From Octopus vulgaris (Eukaryota), in contig OX597822.1 in the NCBI GenBank assembly GCA_951406725.2, positions 20,150,001 to 20,214,000 of the forward strand: a stretch of 64,000 nucleotides of DNA, written 5' to 3'. The number at the start of each line of letters is the position of its first letter. The first letter of the stretch is position 1. Under the pieces are notes generated by a model. That model saw only the letters and a program-made list of their open reading frames with translations. It was not told the DNA's origin and made no database searches. The translations under genes and the position numbers were made by a program. This document shows positions 28,685 to 43,176 of this stretch, in pieces.

Positions 28685-28770
28685 TTCTTCTTTCTTCTTC
28701 TTCTTCTTCTTCTTCTTTCTTCACCTCCTGCTGCTGCTGTTGTTGTTGTTGTTCTTCTTCTTCTGCTTCT
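28405..28770. repeat. (TTC)n/(TTG)n low-complexity tract
   Basis: Direct reading. Confidence 0.95.
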
Positions 28771-29143
28771 AACATCTCTTCCTCCTTGTGTTATTATTTG
28801 TTTATTTATTTACATACTTTATTTTTATTTTTGCAGATAAATTGATTTAAACATTTCAAGGCAACAGCTGAAGAAATAGCCTTTACACCCACCAGCAGAA
28901 GTACGACCAAACCGTCCGCCCCCGACATTCCACCACCTTCACCAGCCTCCAGCAAAACAATAACAACACCTACCATTTCAGCTACTACAAAAAAAATATA
29001 TATTTATAATTGTCGCTTTAGTTAAAATGATCAAATAGAATTGTATAAATATTTCAACACGCACACACACACACACACACATGACTCCACGCACAAACAC
29101 ACAGATGTGCATGTATATACGTGAGTATGTGTGTGTATATACA

Positions 29144-29174
<31 letters not shown>

Positions 29175-29291
29175 CATCTCTCTCTCCTCGACTCTATGTA
29201 CACGTACTTAAACGAACGGATACATATACAGCAGTATATATTCAGAGATACATAACTGCACGCACGCACGCACACACACACACACACACAG

Positions 29292-29325
<34 letters not shown>

Positions 29326-29459
29326 GTACATACATTATACATATACTCAGGTATATATATACATATATATCTATATGTATGTGTGTGCATTTGCGTGGTA
29401 GTGTGTATGTGAGACTGTATGTATGTTTGTGTGTGTGTGTGTGTGTCTGTGTGTATGTA

Positions 29460-29490
<31 letters not shown>

Positions 29491-29689
29491 GTGTGAGTAA
29501 GCGAAACTCTAAATGTTCATATATATATTTCCAAATATTCATGAATACAACCTTAGCTATATATTAGAGAGATAAATATGTATGTATATTTCGAGATGTG
29601 CAAATCTTTGTGTTGTTCGCTATTTTAATAAATAATTTTGATATTATTTGTAAATCAGTCAGCTTTCACTTGTCATCTTCAACGTCGTT

Positions 29690-30260
29690 CTTTCGTCGTT
29701 GTTATCATCATCAGCATCATCGTCGTCGCCGTTGTTTCTTCGTCATCATCATAATCACCATAATTATCATCATCGTTAGTACTGCTGTAATCATCATCAT
29801 CAGTTTCTACATCGTCGTCAGCATCACCAAACCGCATCCACCACCACCACCACCACCACCACCACTACCACCAGCACCACCATCACCACCACCACCACCA
29901 CCGCCGCTGTCACCACCGCCGTCACCACGGCCGTCACCACCACCGCCGCGTCACTGCCGCCGTCACCGCCGCCACCGTAACCACCAACATCGTAATTGTT
30001 GCCCTTTTCCTCAACCTCTTCCTCCCCCTCCCCTTTCCCCTCCTCCACTACTCCTCCTCCTCCTCATCATCATCAGCAGTAGCAGCGACATGATGCATCA
30101 ACTTCATCCTCGTTAAATCTACAATCATTTGTCATCAGCGTTGTCGTGGTCGTTGTCGTCGCCGTCATCACTACCACAATCACCATCATCACCATTACCA
30201 CCACTGCCATTGTTGTCCTGCTCATCATCATCATCATCATCATCACTACTGCAGCTTCCT
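29690..30260. repeat. (CAT)n/(CAC)n/(CCG)n low-complexity tract
   Basis: Direct reading. Confidence 0.9.
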
Positions 30261-30807
30261 CATCGAGATGCAATTATAGACAAATGGAAAGGTCTTAATA
30301 TAGTTTCATTAAACTTCCCACCACATCCAACTCAAACTCTATTTTCAAACAGTGTGTGTGTGTATATGTGTGTGTGTATGTGTGTGTATGTATGTGTGTG
30401 TATAAGTGTGTGTGTGTATGTGTGTGTATGTGTGTGTATGAGTGTGTGTGTGTGTGTGTGTGTGTGTATGAGTGTGTGTGTATGTGTGTGCATGTGTGTG
30501 TATGAGTGTGTGTGTGTGTTTGTTGAACGTGTAGAACGTACATAAGAATATGTGGAGTGCGTGTATGTTTGCATGATATTTGGGTGAGAATAAGAGAAAG
30601 AGAAGGAGAGAGCGAGAGCGAGAGAGAAAGAGAGAGAAAGAGAGAGAACAAGTGTGTGTGAATGTGTTGGGTAGTATATATATATATATATATATAGATA
30701 GATAGATAGATAGATATAGATATACACACACATACATATGCATATATGTGGATATGTATATATAAGTGTATTTTTATATATAGGGGTGCTCATGAGAGAG
30801 GGAGATT

Positions 30808-30856
<49 letters not shown>

Positions 30857-31133
30857 TGATAGAGACATGTGTATGTGGATGATTATGCGTATGCGAGTGC
30901 GTGTGTGTGTGTTGTGTTAGAGTATTTTCTATATTTATAAACCACCTTCAGCGTTATCCTAATAATGATTGCCAAGATGTTCTCTACCACCACCATTGCC
31001 AACATTTCTTGCAACAAACCGTACGACTAACATCAATACCAAACACTGCAACCTACCAGTCTAGCAACAATGCCGAAACTATCAACATCACAATTAACGC
31101 CGCTACTAATGTTACTAATAACACTGTTTAGAC

Positions 31134-31334
31134 CAGTGCTTTTCAAACTTTTTGCTGGAGCGGAACCCCAAGGAAACATTCCCCTGGCTCGGGGAACCCC
31201 TGTGCAATAATTTAATAGTCTTATGCACACATATCTGCACAGGAAAATTAAAAATTACTGCCGATTTTAGCAGTTTTGTAACTTCTTGCGGAACCCCTGG
31301 ACTGTTCTGGCGGAACCCTGGTTGAAAACCATTG
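31134..31334. mobile_element. hAT (Charlie-like) MITE, 201 bp
   Basis: TIRs cagtgcttttcaa / ttgaaaaccattg; perfect 8-bp TSD GTTTAGAC at 31126-31133 and 31335-31342. Confidence 0.9.
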
Positions 31335-31421
31335 GTTTAGACTAACACTAACACGAAAATTACTATCACCAACACTGCTGACATCACTCCCAATACAAAT
31401 ACCACCACCCTTACCCTCCCC

Positions 31422-31478
<57 letters not shown>

Positions 31479-32367
31479 TCACTACCACAACTATCACCAT
31501 TACCACCATCACTAACACCGCTACCACCACTACAACCAACATCACTTTCACCACTACCACATCTACCGCCACTATTACCACTTCCAATGCCGTAACCACT
31601 ACGACAATCACCACTACCAACACCATAACAATACTGCACTCATCGTAAGGCTGCCATATGTACTTTCGCGTTTATTTACTTTTTTCCATTAGTGAGACGG
31701 AGTTAGCGCCATGTCTGTGGTAGACTGGCATTTTATTAACGCATTATTAATTTTTTCTGTATTAGATTATAAGATATTAGATATACTGAGAACTCTCACA
31801 ATTACATAAATATATGAGCAATTCCCCGGAGTTATTTAGCTCTATCGGGATCTTTGTGAAGTCCAATAATCCTAGAATACGTTTTTCAATTAAATTATAA
31901 AATTCTGTTTAAAATTCAGTAATCATAACGGTAAGTTAAAATATTAAAGTGGAGTGGTACGTTGATCGATTTACTTTTGAATTTGAATTAGTTTTTGATA
32001 GACCAGAAGCATATTTCGGAAGTTTCTACTGATAACAGATAACTTATATTCTATACATAAAACGTCCTTTCTATAATTTCCCCTGACGAAACATCATTCC
32101 GATTTAGTTAAAAAAACATCGGTTCACTTATACTGAGAGTATTCATTGCTGAGGTTATGATGTGTGTAGATGTCTGGATATGTGACAAGAAGAACAGCTT
32201 GACCTACATATCAGTACATATGCGCGCACATAAGCGCACACACACACATACACACACACAAGCATACAAAAATAAAAACGTAAGTATTGCTGTGCATGTG
32301 CTTGTGTTGATGCGTCCGTAATGTTAATGCACACACACATCAAAACAAGTAAGGTTGTGCCTTACAC

Positions 32368-33092
32368 AAGTAAAGCACAATATTGGCTTGTAAATGTTTA
32401 AAATACTTGGTAGTATATTATGGTTTCAAAATGAAATACTGTATCCTTTCTGGCAATTAATATTTATGTACCAGGTGCCGGGAATGTGTTTGCTAGGTAA
32501 ATTGGTCTACCCTATAGTATCGCAGTGCTAAACCTAGTGGGTATTTAAGCAATCCGTTCTTGGCTAAGTTCATGGGTTGGATGTGACGCTGATAAAAGAA
32601 CAATAACACTTGAAATGTGGATATTCACCCAGGGTCCTATTTTTTAAATCTTCGATCGTATTGTTTACGTAAACATATTCGTATACTCACACAAATGGTC
32701 TGAATTTTGTAGAACATCTGTAGCGATAAAGTTAAAAGTGAGAACATCGCACTGCAAACACGAAAGTAATGCACAATTTCGACTTGTAAACTTTTAATAT
32801 ATTTGGTTGTATTTTATGTTTGTAAACGATATACTGTGTCGTTGCTAGCAATTAATCTTTACGTATCAGTTGGCAGAAATCTGTTGAAAATGTGAATTGG
32901 TCTATCCAATAGCGTTACACCGATAAACATAGCTGGTATTTAAGAAATATGATAGTTGATGGGCTGGATGTAGTGCAGAAAAAGGTGAAGTAACTCTTGA
33001 AATATTCATTTACACTCATTAGCTATTTTTTGTATCTGCTATCGAATTGATTATATAGACGTATTCGTATACAGAACGTCTTAACTTTCAGT
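32368..33092. repeat. Old direct tandem duplication, period ~390-396 bp
   Basis: Collinear anchors aagtaa.gcacaat, cttgtaaa, gcaattaat, aattggtcta, ggtatttaag, atggg.tggatgt, tattcgtatac in both units. Confidence 0.8.
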
Positions 33093-33163
33093 GCTGGCTC
33101 TCAATTAAAAAAAAAAAATCTCTCTCTCTCTTTCCCGCCCCCTCTCTCAATCCTTATATATAT

Positions 33164-33201
<38 letters not shown>

Positions 33202-33203
<2 letters not shown>

Positions 33204-33594
33204 TTTTGCTTGTTTCAGTCATTTGACTTACGTCATGCTGGAGCATTGGGTTTAGTCGAACAAATTGACCCCAGAACTTATTGTTTGTAAGCCTAGTACT
33301 TATTATTTCGGTCTCTATTGCCGAAACGCTAATTTACGGGGACATAAACAAACCAACATCGTTTGTGAAGCGATTGTGGGGGACAAACACAGATACACAC
33401 ACACAAATGCACACACACGCAAATATATATATACGACGAGCTTCTTTCAGTTTCCGTCTACCGTTTCCACTCACAAGGCTTTGGTAGACCCGAGGCTCTA
33501 GTACAAGTCATTTGCCAAAGGTTCCACACAGTGAGAGTGAACTCGGAACAATGTAGTTGGGAAGCAATCTCCTTACCACACAACCATGCCTGCG

Positions 33595-33596
<2 letters not shown>
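33202..33596 (-). mobile_element. SINE family A, near full length
   Basis: Reverse complement of 62826-63236; flanked by (TA)n on both sides. Confidence 0.9.
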
Positions 33597-33647
<51 letters not shown>

Positions 33648-33650
<3 letters not shown>

Positions 33651-33822
33651 ATCCAAACATGAAAACACAAAGAGAAAACACAACAACGCGAGGACGTGGA
33701 ACAAATATAGTATTACTGGACGCTCAGGAAAGAAGGAGGGTTTAACGTTTCGAGCGGAGCTCTTCGTCAGAAACATAGGAAAAGGAAAGATCCAAAGAAG
33801 GGAAGACAGAGGAAAAATCGCC
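33648..33822 (-). mobile_element. Short non-coding element carrying a hammerhead ribozyme (Penelope-LTR-like module)
   Basis: Abuts (TA)n; shares hammerhead + tcctgagcgt + T-rich tail layout with 20640-20795. Confidence 0.6.
33740..33774 (-). ncRNA. Minimal type-I hammerhead ribozyme
   Basis: Minus strand GTTT-CTGACGA-A-GAGC-TCC-GCTC-GAAAC-GTT-AAAC: core CUGANGA and GAAA, stem I GUUU/AAAC, stem II GAGC/GCUC, palindromic loopless stem III ACGU, NUH = GUU. Confidence 0.7.
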
Positions 33823-33824
33823 AC

Positions 33825-34070
33825 CAGAGCCATTGAAGAAACTGTATCATCAACTGACCAAGATTCCAAGCACTTCCAAAACAAAATAAGACAATACATC
33901 GCTGCACTACAGATGACATCGTTTGAAGCCACAAAAGATTTAACAGCCAGAATTCATGCAAACTTTCAAGATCCAAGGTCAAATTTATCATCGGATTGGC
34001 TCTCTACTACTTCTGTCAAATGAGCCACCAAAATCTGCCTTTCGTTGTTTATAATCTGTATCTGTCTTTT
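33825..34070 (+). mobile_element. Helitron RepHel N-terminal fragment
   Basis: DSKHFQNKIRQYIAALQMTSFEA then frameshift to TFKIQGQIYHRIGSLL, typical Helitron motifs. Confidence 0.8.
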
Positions 34071-34391
34071 GGTTACGAAATAAGCTACACAAAACGTGTT
34101 TTTGAATTACGTATATTTACTTTATATACATATATGAGTTGAAAACTTTCTTTAAAAATGTCCCTTAACTTCTATGCTCCATGCTGGTATGGGTTGGAGA
34201 GTTATTAATGTAGATCGTTGGTATCTCAGCTACTAGCTGTTGAGATCTGCGTCCCGGTTATTCGTGGGAAAAAAAAATTGCTCGAGGAAACCACCGTATA
34301 TTCACGGAATTGTAAATATCGTCAGCAATTTTTTATGACTTCTTTTATAGCAATCTCCTTCTCTCTCTTATTATCATTATTATTATTATCA

Positions 34392-34460
<69 letters not shown>

Positions 34461-34462
<2 letters not shown>

Positions 34463-34897
34463 GAGTGAGAGAGCAGTGCATGCCATCAAAGTGACACTGG
34501 GGTAAAATATACGAAGCGCAGTATACCAATCATGACTACCTGGTCGAGTAGCCCATCCCGCTCAAAAGGTTCCTGAATAAGGGTTGTTTAAGGATGTTGA
34601 ACGAAACACCCATGTTTCCAAAGGTGAATTATCCAAACCCCAAAGAATCCCTCTCAACACATGGCTATGATACTCCCCCACTACTTCTGCTCGTGATCAG
34701 TGATGCACATATCATCAGCCACTAAGGGACGTGCTCAACTGGTTAAGGTCAAACAACTGACAAGCAAATCTGTGGTATTGAGCAGAATATTTGCTGTAGC
34801 CCATCTTTTATACCAAGACAAAACAATGTACATGATAACACTTCCAATCAGTTAAGATCAGAAGCCATGAGAGCCACTGCCTGGTACTGCATCAGGG

Positions 34898-34899
<2 letters not shown>
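34461..34899 (-). mobile_element. Family C (TAA)n-embedded element with ~118-bp internal deletion
   Basis: Near-identical to 48403-48948 and 61445-61980; (ATT)n on both sides; strand inferred from the constant end. Confidence 0.85.
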
Positions 34900-34964
<65 letters not shown>

Positions 34965-34979
34965 GTTATTGTTGTTGTT

Positions 34980-35092
<113 letters not shown>

Positions 35093-35525
35093 CATCATCA
35101 TCATTATTATTATTATTATTATAGATTACTGTATCTAGTGGTAAAAGAAACTAAATCTTTCAAAGCCATGATTATTTTTAATGTCTGCTCAATCTCCCAT
35201 TCGTGGTATGCGCCTATTAGACGCAAGGTAGATCTTTTTGTATTTTTTTGGGCGGATAAACTACATCCAGTTGCCATATCGAGTGGTTTGTATGCATCAA
35301 AATCCGAAATCGTTCAATTCGATTATGTATGCTGGGGACTTACTCCCTTTATCAGTCATTAAGTACAGTGCTTTGTGGCATTTGAGTTGAATTAACTGTT
35401 ATTTATAGGAACAATAGCTGGTACTGGTTAGCACCCTCTATGACTTTTGTGGTCTCTATTAATATATATATATATATATATATAGCATACAAACGCACAC
35501 CCACACACATACACATATGTGTGTG

Positions 35526-35580
<55 letters not shown>

Positions 35581-35589
35581 ATATGTATG

Positions 35590-35625
<36 letters not shown>

Positions 35626-35629
<4 letters not shown>

Positions 35630-36195
35630 CAAGCAGGAAGTAAATAGACACCTTTAATTTTCAAAATTTCTGATATAAGCGTCTTAATATGTTTTCAGCG
35701 GAGTAGAATTTACAATGTAGTTATTCTGTTTCATTCCAGGTGTCTTTCTATTAAACATTTGCGAAGAGTAACCATGCCACGCACAAAAAATTCAGCAGAA
35801 CTATCAGATTCTCAAAGAGTTCGTATTGTTGGGCCATCTGAGGCTGTTCTTAACCAGTGAAAAATTGCTGAAAATCTTCAAATTCCTCTTGCTACTGTTA
35901 ATAGAATTATAGTGCAATTCAAAAGCCAAGGATAAGAATCAACAGATTCTCGCTCCGGCCAACCTGGGCCCTCGGAAATGAAGCTCCGCTGTTTGAAGCG
36001 AATTGTGGAAAACGAACCCCGTTCGAAGGCTTCTGACATTGCAAAACAGCTAGAAGTTAGTTTAAGAACGTGTGATACATTTCTTCATAAGTTTGGGTAT
36101 TCTTGATGAGCAGTTAGAAGAAAACTTCTTCAACCAATTAATATCGAATTAAAGATTTTGAAGTTTAAAATGTCTATTTACTTCCTGCATGTCTG
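35626..36195 (+). mobile_element. Internally deleted Tc1-like transposon (570 bp)
   Basis: TA-flanked TIRs cagaca.gcaggaagtaaatagaca at both ends; MPRTKNSAELSDSQRVRIVG...KIAENLQIPLATVNRII...SRSGQP N-terminal HTH with stops; no DDE domain. Confidence 0.9.
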
Positions 36196-36567
36196 TAATA
36201 TATATATATATATATATCTATATATATATATATATATATATATATTCATCACAATACCTCAGACGTCCTGGACCATCTTCATCTTTAAAAACCATTCTCA
36301 ATAAGTGATCGGTAAACATGTGCAGACGACAAATTTATTCATTATATATAGTTCTGTAATTCATAAATTTTAAAAGAAAATGATGCAACTGGAAGGAGAC
36401 AGAATTCAATGAATATAAAATTAGCTGTAGTTTGTGTATATAATGTTCTCATTGTGAAAAATCCTTAGAGAGAGGGAGAAGCATCAACTCTTATATTCTG
36501 AAGTAGCATCATAAATATTTACTCGTTATATGAACAAATGTATGCTTCCATACTTGGTCTCCGTATA

Positions 36568-36603
<36 letters not shown>

Positions 36604-36645
36604 TATATGTATGCATTTTTATATGCAGGTATATATGTATGTATG

Positions 36646-36679
<34 letters not shown>

Positions 36680-36761
36680 TGTATGTATGTATGTATATAT
36701 GTATGTATGTATGTATGTGTATATTCATATATATATATATATATGTGTATATATGTATATA

Positions 36762-36804
<43 letters not shown>

Positions 36805-38622
36805 AGTAAGAAAACGGAGAGGATATAAAATCGACAGACATCAGTAAACATTCTAGTGTCTTTTTATTCAATTGTAAAGGATGAATACACACACATGTAT
36901 GAGTGATACAGATTAGCGAGTGGAAAAAGATGGTTACTGCATAGACAAGGATGTGAATATAAACAAGTATATAGGAACAAATGAATAAAAATATAAATGG
37001 GTGTGGAGGTACTAGTTCCTTACGGCCGTTTCTGCCAAGAGGCAACCAAATTTTCCAGGCTATCTCCATCACTTCAATGTTATACGTGGATGAACAGATA
37101 ATGGATTTGCCCCTAGGCTTCTTCAGAGGGTCTAAGTAGTTGTGGGGGCTAACACATAAGAGTCAGTTAAGAATAGATAAGGTGTGCTTATCCTTTTAAA
37201 TAGAGTAAGAATAAGAATGAGAGCAAAAATAAGAATACAAGTGAAAGACAGCAGAGTACAATAATGTGGACATAGCAAGGGGAAATAAGGTACAGACTTC
37301 CCATAAATTATTTATAAAATCCATGGTATTTCATCCAGTGTTGGGTAGGTGAATATAGTCACTTTCAGGAGGAATTTTGTGTATATCTCGCAATTACTGC
37401 TTGCAATCGGTATTGGACTGTTTATGTCACCGTAGGTTTAGAGTTCGGCAAAGAAAAACCAATAGAATAAGTTCTAGACTGTAAAATAAATACTGGGTTT
37501 GATCCGTTCAGAAATTCACTATATCTTAGCTATGATAACAGTCAGAAATAAAAGTGAAATGATATGTAGTCATGGTAATTATGATGTACAGAATGCGCAA
37601 CACAAATATGGTAGGAGAATGGTATCGGCCGATGTAAGCTGGGGAGGTGACTTGATTTAGCAAGGGACTATGATGAAAATCAATGATAGCTGATGCGTGA
37701 AACTGGGGTTTATGTTTAATGAATTTTGGGATTGGAAAATCAAAGAAGGCAGAAGATATGGAAAGATCTTAGAATCTCGGGTCTCACAGAGAAGAGATTA
37801 TATATTACAAATCATTATAGAAAGTAGTGACAGGTAGTACAACAAAAATCGTCAATGTACATCAGAATGAGAAAATGGAAGATAAAATGATGACGTTTAT
37901 GATAATGAAGGTAAAGACACTACTGCTGCTGTTGTGGTTGATAATAGATAATAATAATGAGGAAGAGGTGGAGAGTAAAACGAAAGAAGGCAGGATATTA
38001 AAGGCTTGAATTATTAACGATATGTATGTCAGTGGTTCAGAATGTATGAATTACTAAGTCTGTGTGTTTTTCTATTTTTTATTTCTTAGTATTTTTTTAG
38101 AATGAAGGTGTTTGTTCTTAACAAAGCAACAAAGCTCTATAAGTGGGGTCTGGATAACAAATACAATAATTGCTATATGCCAAACTGTAAGAAAGGCTTG
38201 TATATTTTTTACTGTTCTGCAATGTAATACGAGATATGTAAAAGGCCGGGAGAGTTTTTGAACATAGGTCTGCTTAAAAAGGACTGATCTGGGGCTAAAC
38301 TACCACGACAATAACAACATTTGCATCTTTTAGCTAAAATGATCGTTATTCTCTAATTTGATCAGCACGTTCATGGATTAGACAAAGGTGAGGAAACATG
38401 AACATGGAATCTTGCTGCTTTAACTATGATGGAAGCAATCCTGCCTTGAATAATACGTTGTACATTAATCAGTGTCATTCGAGTGTTATAATTATAGAAC
38501 ATAGTTTCTAGAAGATTTGTTTGTTAATTTTAGCAGGCCAAGCTATCTCGTACAGGTTGCCTGGTATGTATGATGGTGAAAATAATGAACCTGATATATA
38601 TATATATATATATGATTGATTG

Positions 38623-38685
<63 letters not shown>

Positions 38686-38708
38686 TGTATTATGTATATG
38701 CAAATATG

Positions 38709-40002
38709 CAGGGTGTGATGGATAAATCGCTACCATTTTATATTTTTATGTTAGTGCATGCGCTTTGTTTGTTTTTGATTTTGTCGACTACATATTATAG
38801 TAGGGTCAGTTGGGCACCGGCTGCGAGCAAAAAGCACTATGATGCAATTAACTGTGCAAAAAATTTGAAAAAGACATGCCGTACTACTTTGGCATTCGCG
38901 CCGGAAGCTCCAATACGAACATTTCAGAGTGTTTGGGTGTGAATCTGAGAACAATGCAGAGGGTCCGATAAAAGTTGAATGAGTCTAATGGTGATTAAGA
39001 AGGTACGACAGCTTGGAAAACTCACTCGGATCATTCTGATAAGAAAAGAACTCCTGGATTTGTTGGTGTGATCCAGGCCATAATTGACAAGTATCCTTCC
39101 AAGTCAGTCAGGTCCCTCGCCAGGGATAATGGAGTGCCTGAGTTTCTTATCAGGCAGTTAGTGCGTGAAGACGTTCGGTATTCCTCCTACGAGCTGAGAA
39201 AGGATCAATTTTTATCCCAAGCCATCAAGGACGAGAAGAAAGACCGTGCTACGAAGCTTTTGAACAAACTCAAGCATCCCCTCCAACCGAACATGCTTTG
39301 GTTTTTCTCAGCCGAGAAAAAATATCTGACAGGATCAGATGGTGAACACAACCGTTCGCTTGCCGTGACCCCAAAACATGTAACAAGCGTGATAATTAAA
39401 ATCAAACATCCAGTCAGCATCATGGTGTTTGGCGTGAGCATTAGTGATGGCGACGTTATGCCTCCATTCATCTTCCCACACGACCTCAGACTCAACACAA
39501 AGGTCTACATCAAGTGCCTGGAGGAGGCAGTGCTGCCCTGAGTGAATAGTCTGGCTACTGGAAAATCCTATGTCTGGCAACAGGACTCTGCACTTTGTCA
39601 CACAAGCAGGAGAACCCAGTCATAGCTGTCAGACAATTTCTGCGACCACATCACTCCTAACATCTGGCCACCTAACTCCCCAGGTTCCATCCCCCTTGAT
39701 TAGTATGTCTGGGGCGCAGTTGAGCGAGAGGCCAACAAAAATTCCTTGTAACACAAATGATGAACTGAAGGAAACGATTATGGTAGCATTCACCATCTTA
39801 AACAAGGAGACCGTCCAGAAGAGTTGCAGGAAATTCCGAAGTCGTCTAGAGGCCGTGGTAGAAGACAATGGCAATTTTATTGAATAAGTTTACTCTTTAA
39901 TATTTCAAGATATTTTTAATGGAATTTTGGTAAATATATCTGTTGAAATGAGATGTCAGTGTTATTTTCATTTTTAGACGACAATTTATTCACCGCACCC
40001 TG
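38709..40002 (+). mobile_element. Full-length decayed DD37D (maT) Tc1/mariner transposon
   Basis: TIRs cagggtg.g.tg.ataaat; WFFSAEK, HPVSIMVFG, WQQDSA...WPPNSP...PLD with 37 residues between the last two Asp; several stops. Confidence 0.9.
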
Positions 40003-40004
40003 GA

Positions 40005-40210
<206 letters not shown>

Positions 40211-40350
40211 TCTATATACATACACGTACTCATGCATATATATATAAAACATACTTTGGTGTACTGGAATATGTCAATGTGCTTCATGAATTTGCAGCTT
40301 AGATTATAACCTTTTAAACATATCACACATACACACACAGACACACACAT

Positions 40351-40391
<41 letters not shown>

Positions 40392-40457
40392 CATATGTAT
40401 ATATATATATACATACATACATGCATACATATACATATATATATATATATACATATG

Positions 40458-40533
<76 letters not shown>

Positions 40534-41269
40534 CCCATCTGTCTGGCAGTCAGTCTCTTTATACAGAAACACACACACACACACACACATGTCAGAAACT
40601 TAATGGAAAGCTGTTATTGTAAAGAACTGAAGTTGCAGTACGACTGACGCACATCTAGAAAAATTACTTTTTGGTCCCAGAACTGAAGAAATGCAGATGC
40701 AATCTGAAGGAAAATGTGAAACCAAAAATATGAGATAACAGATGTCATATCATAGAGATAGACATGATGTGAAGTTTCCTGTGAAGCTGTATGTACCCTC
40801 CTTCTCTCCTTCTTCGACCCTGTCTCTTTCTCCTTCTTTCTGTCCAACGAATATCATTGTAACCAGCAGAACGGAACCCAGTCTTCCAATTAATAGAGAG
40901 AAAATGTTCCATGTAATTGCAGTTATATAATCATCTTTTTCTCAATAATCATTCAAGTGGAATGTTGACAGTTCTGCGAGAAGGTGACGTACTTGACATA
41001 TCCCGAAGATTTCTAGATTAGCCATTAACTTCGCTGTCAAAAACAGATGACTTTACATAAACTGACGATACAAAAGAAAACAAAAAAACTCCAACAAAAA
41101 ACAACAAACAAAAAGTAAAAACAAAAGACAAAAAAACAAATACGTGTGCATATTAAATGGTTGTGACATGCTTATGACAAGAGGAATGCTGATGGCTGAA
41201 TATTATTCCACTATATCTCATCACAACTGCCAACATTATCACTACAATTACCACCATTGCACGTATTAA

Positions 41270-41760
<491 letters not shown>

Positions 41761-42029
41761 ATGGTTATACATATTGTGGTCCACCTCCTCCTCCTATTCT
41801 CTCTCTACCACTACTGCCTGCTCCCCATTATCATCATGTGATTTTTTTCCCTCTTCAACTGGGTATATTATAGAGAAGTATTGTTTACGTTTACAGAAGA
41901 CTGTGATAAAACAAACCCCCTTAACACAGAATTTAATTGACAAAGAAACAAATCATCTGACCTCTGACCCCCAAATAAAAGAGTTGAGCGTTTGGCAATT
42001 TGTAAACCTTATATAACATTAGAAGACCA

Positions 42030-42700
42030 TAAAAATAATTTCTTAGCAGACTCCCAAATGGCGATTTATTAACATCACTAAAAGTGTATTAGATAAAGAG
42101 ATTGTAAAAAAATGCATTAGATTCAATCACCAATAGGACAGACATCGACATTTTCCGTTGGCATATAATGACATTTCAGTTATTAAATAGTTTAGTGATA
42201 TAAACAGTAAACATAACTGGAAATTTACATAATTTGATATAATAGAATTCTGCCTCTCATAACCAGACTACTCCTACAAAACACCTTAGAGATTTTGTCG
42301 TTGAGGTAATATAATTAGTGACAAATCCACCAAAGAAAAAAAAATTTCTTTGCTGATTCATACTGTGTCATATGCTGAGAGACAAATATTCGACATTCAT
42401 ATGAAGTGTTTTGATGGAACTAAAATATGCATTTTAATAGGGTTCCTTATTCTAGACTCATACCAAACAAGGTTTGACCCATTGCCGCTAGGACTCTTCA
42501 GAGATGACGGACTGATCTTCTCTCGTATTCAGTATAGCCATCAAACAGATAAGGTTAGAAAAATTTAATTGACACGTTGGAATAATTTAATTTAAAAACC
42601 AGCACTAGCGTTTATATCAGTATTGTTAATAAATAACATAACTCTAAACCTAAACTCTGACCAGTATAAATTCTAATTGATTGAGAAATTAAAATTACAA
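42030..42700 (+). mobile_element. Decayed Penelope-like reverse transcriptase
   Basis: SVIK*FSDINSKHNWKFT*FDIIEF, FDIHMKCFDGTKICILIG (cf. MGS.DGAE.CELVG), LGLFRDDGL (cf. YRDDGL). Confidence 0.7.
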
Positions 42701-43176
42701 TGAATCCTTACTAGACATTCACAAATACATTAACTCTCTTCAGCTATTTTCAAAAGCTACCCTAGTAACAGTAGTAACGAATTATATTCTCTAACAAAAT
42801 ATCTTTCACCTCACAACAGTATTAATATACGGAAATGGATAATACATTATGTACCATGACAGAACAATATAAATGTGTATAAAAATAGAAAAAAAGGAAG
42901 GTCATACCATATTATCACTTAAAATGCCACTCTGTATAATTCACATTTTACAGTAGACCATGTGTTTCGCTAGATATTTAATAAACATAGCGTTACGAAG
43001 AGCTACATTATACTGAAGGTTACTCTACTTTTGTTGCTACACTTATTAACCACACCCATACAAATCCAAATACAAAAATCTCATCATCCAAATACCACAG
43101 TTATATTACCTTAAAAATATTGGGTATTAAGGGAAATTCCAACTGAATATAGCAATATACGAGGACCTGCCGAAAA

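Noticed and set aside
28305-30545. Arg/Lys-rich and Pro-rich ORFs (protamine- or extensin-like)
   Set aside because: Derived from (TTC)n and (CAC)n tracts
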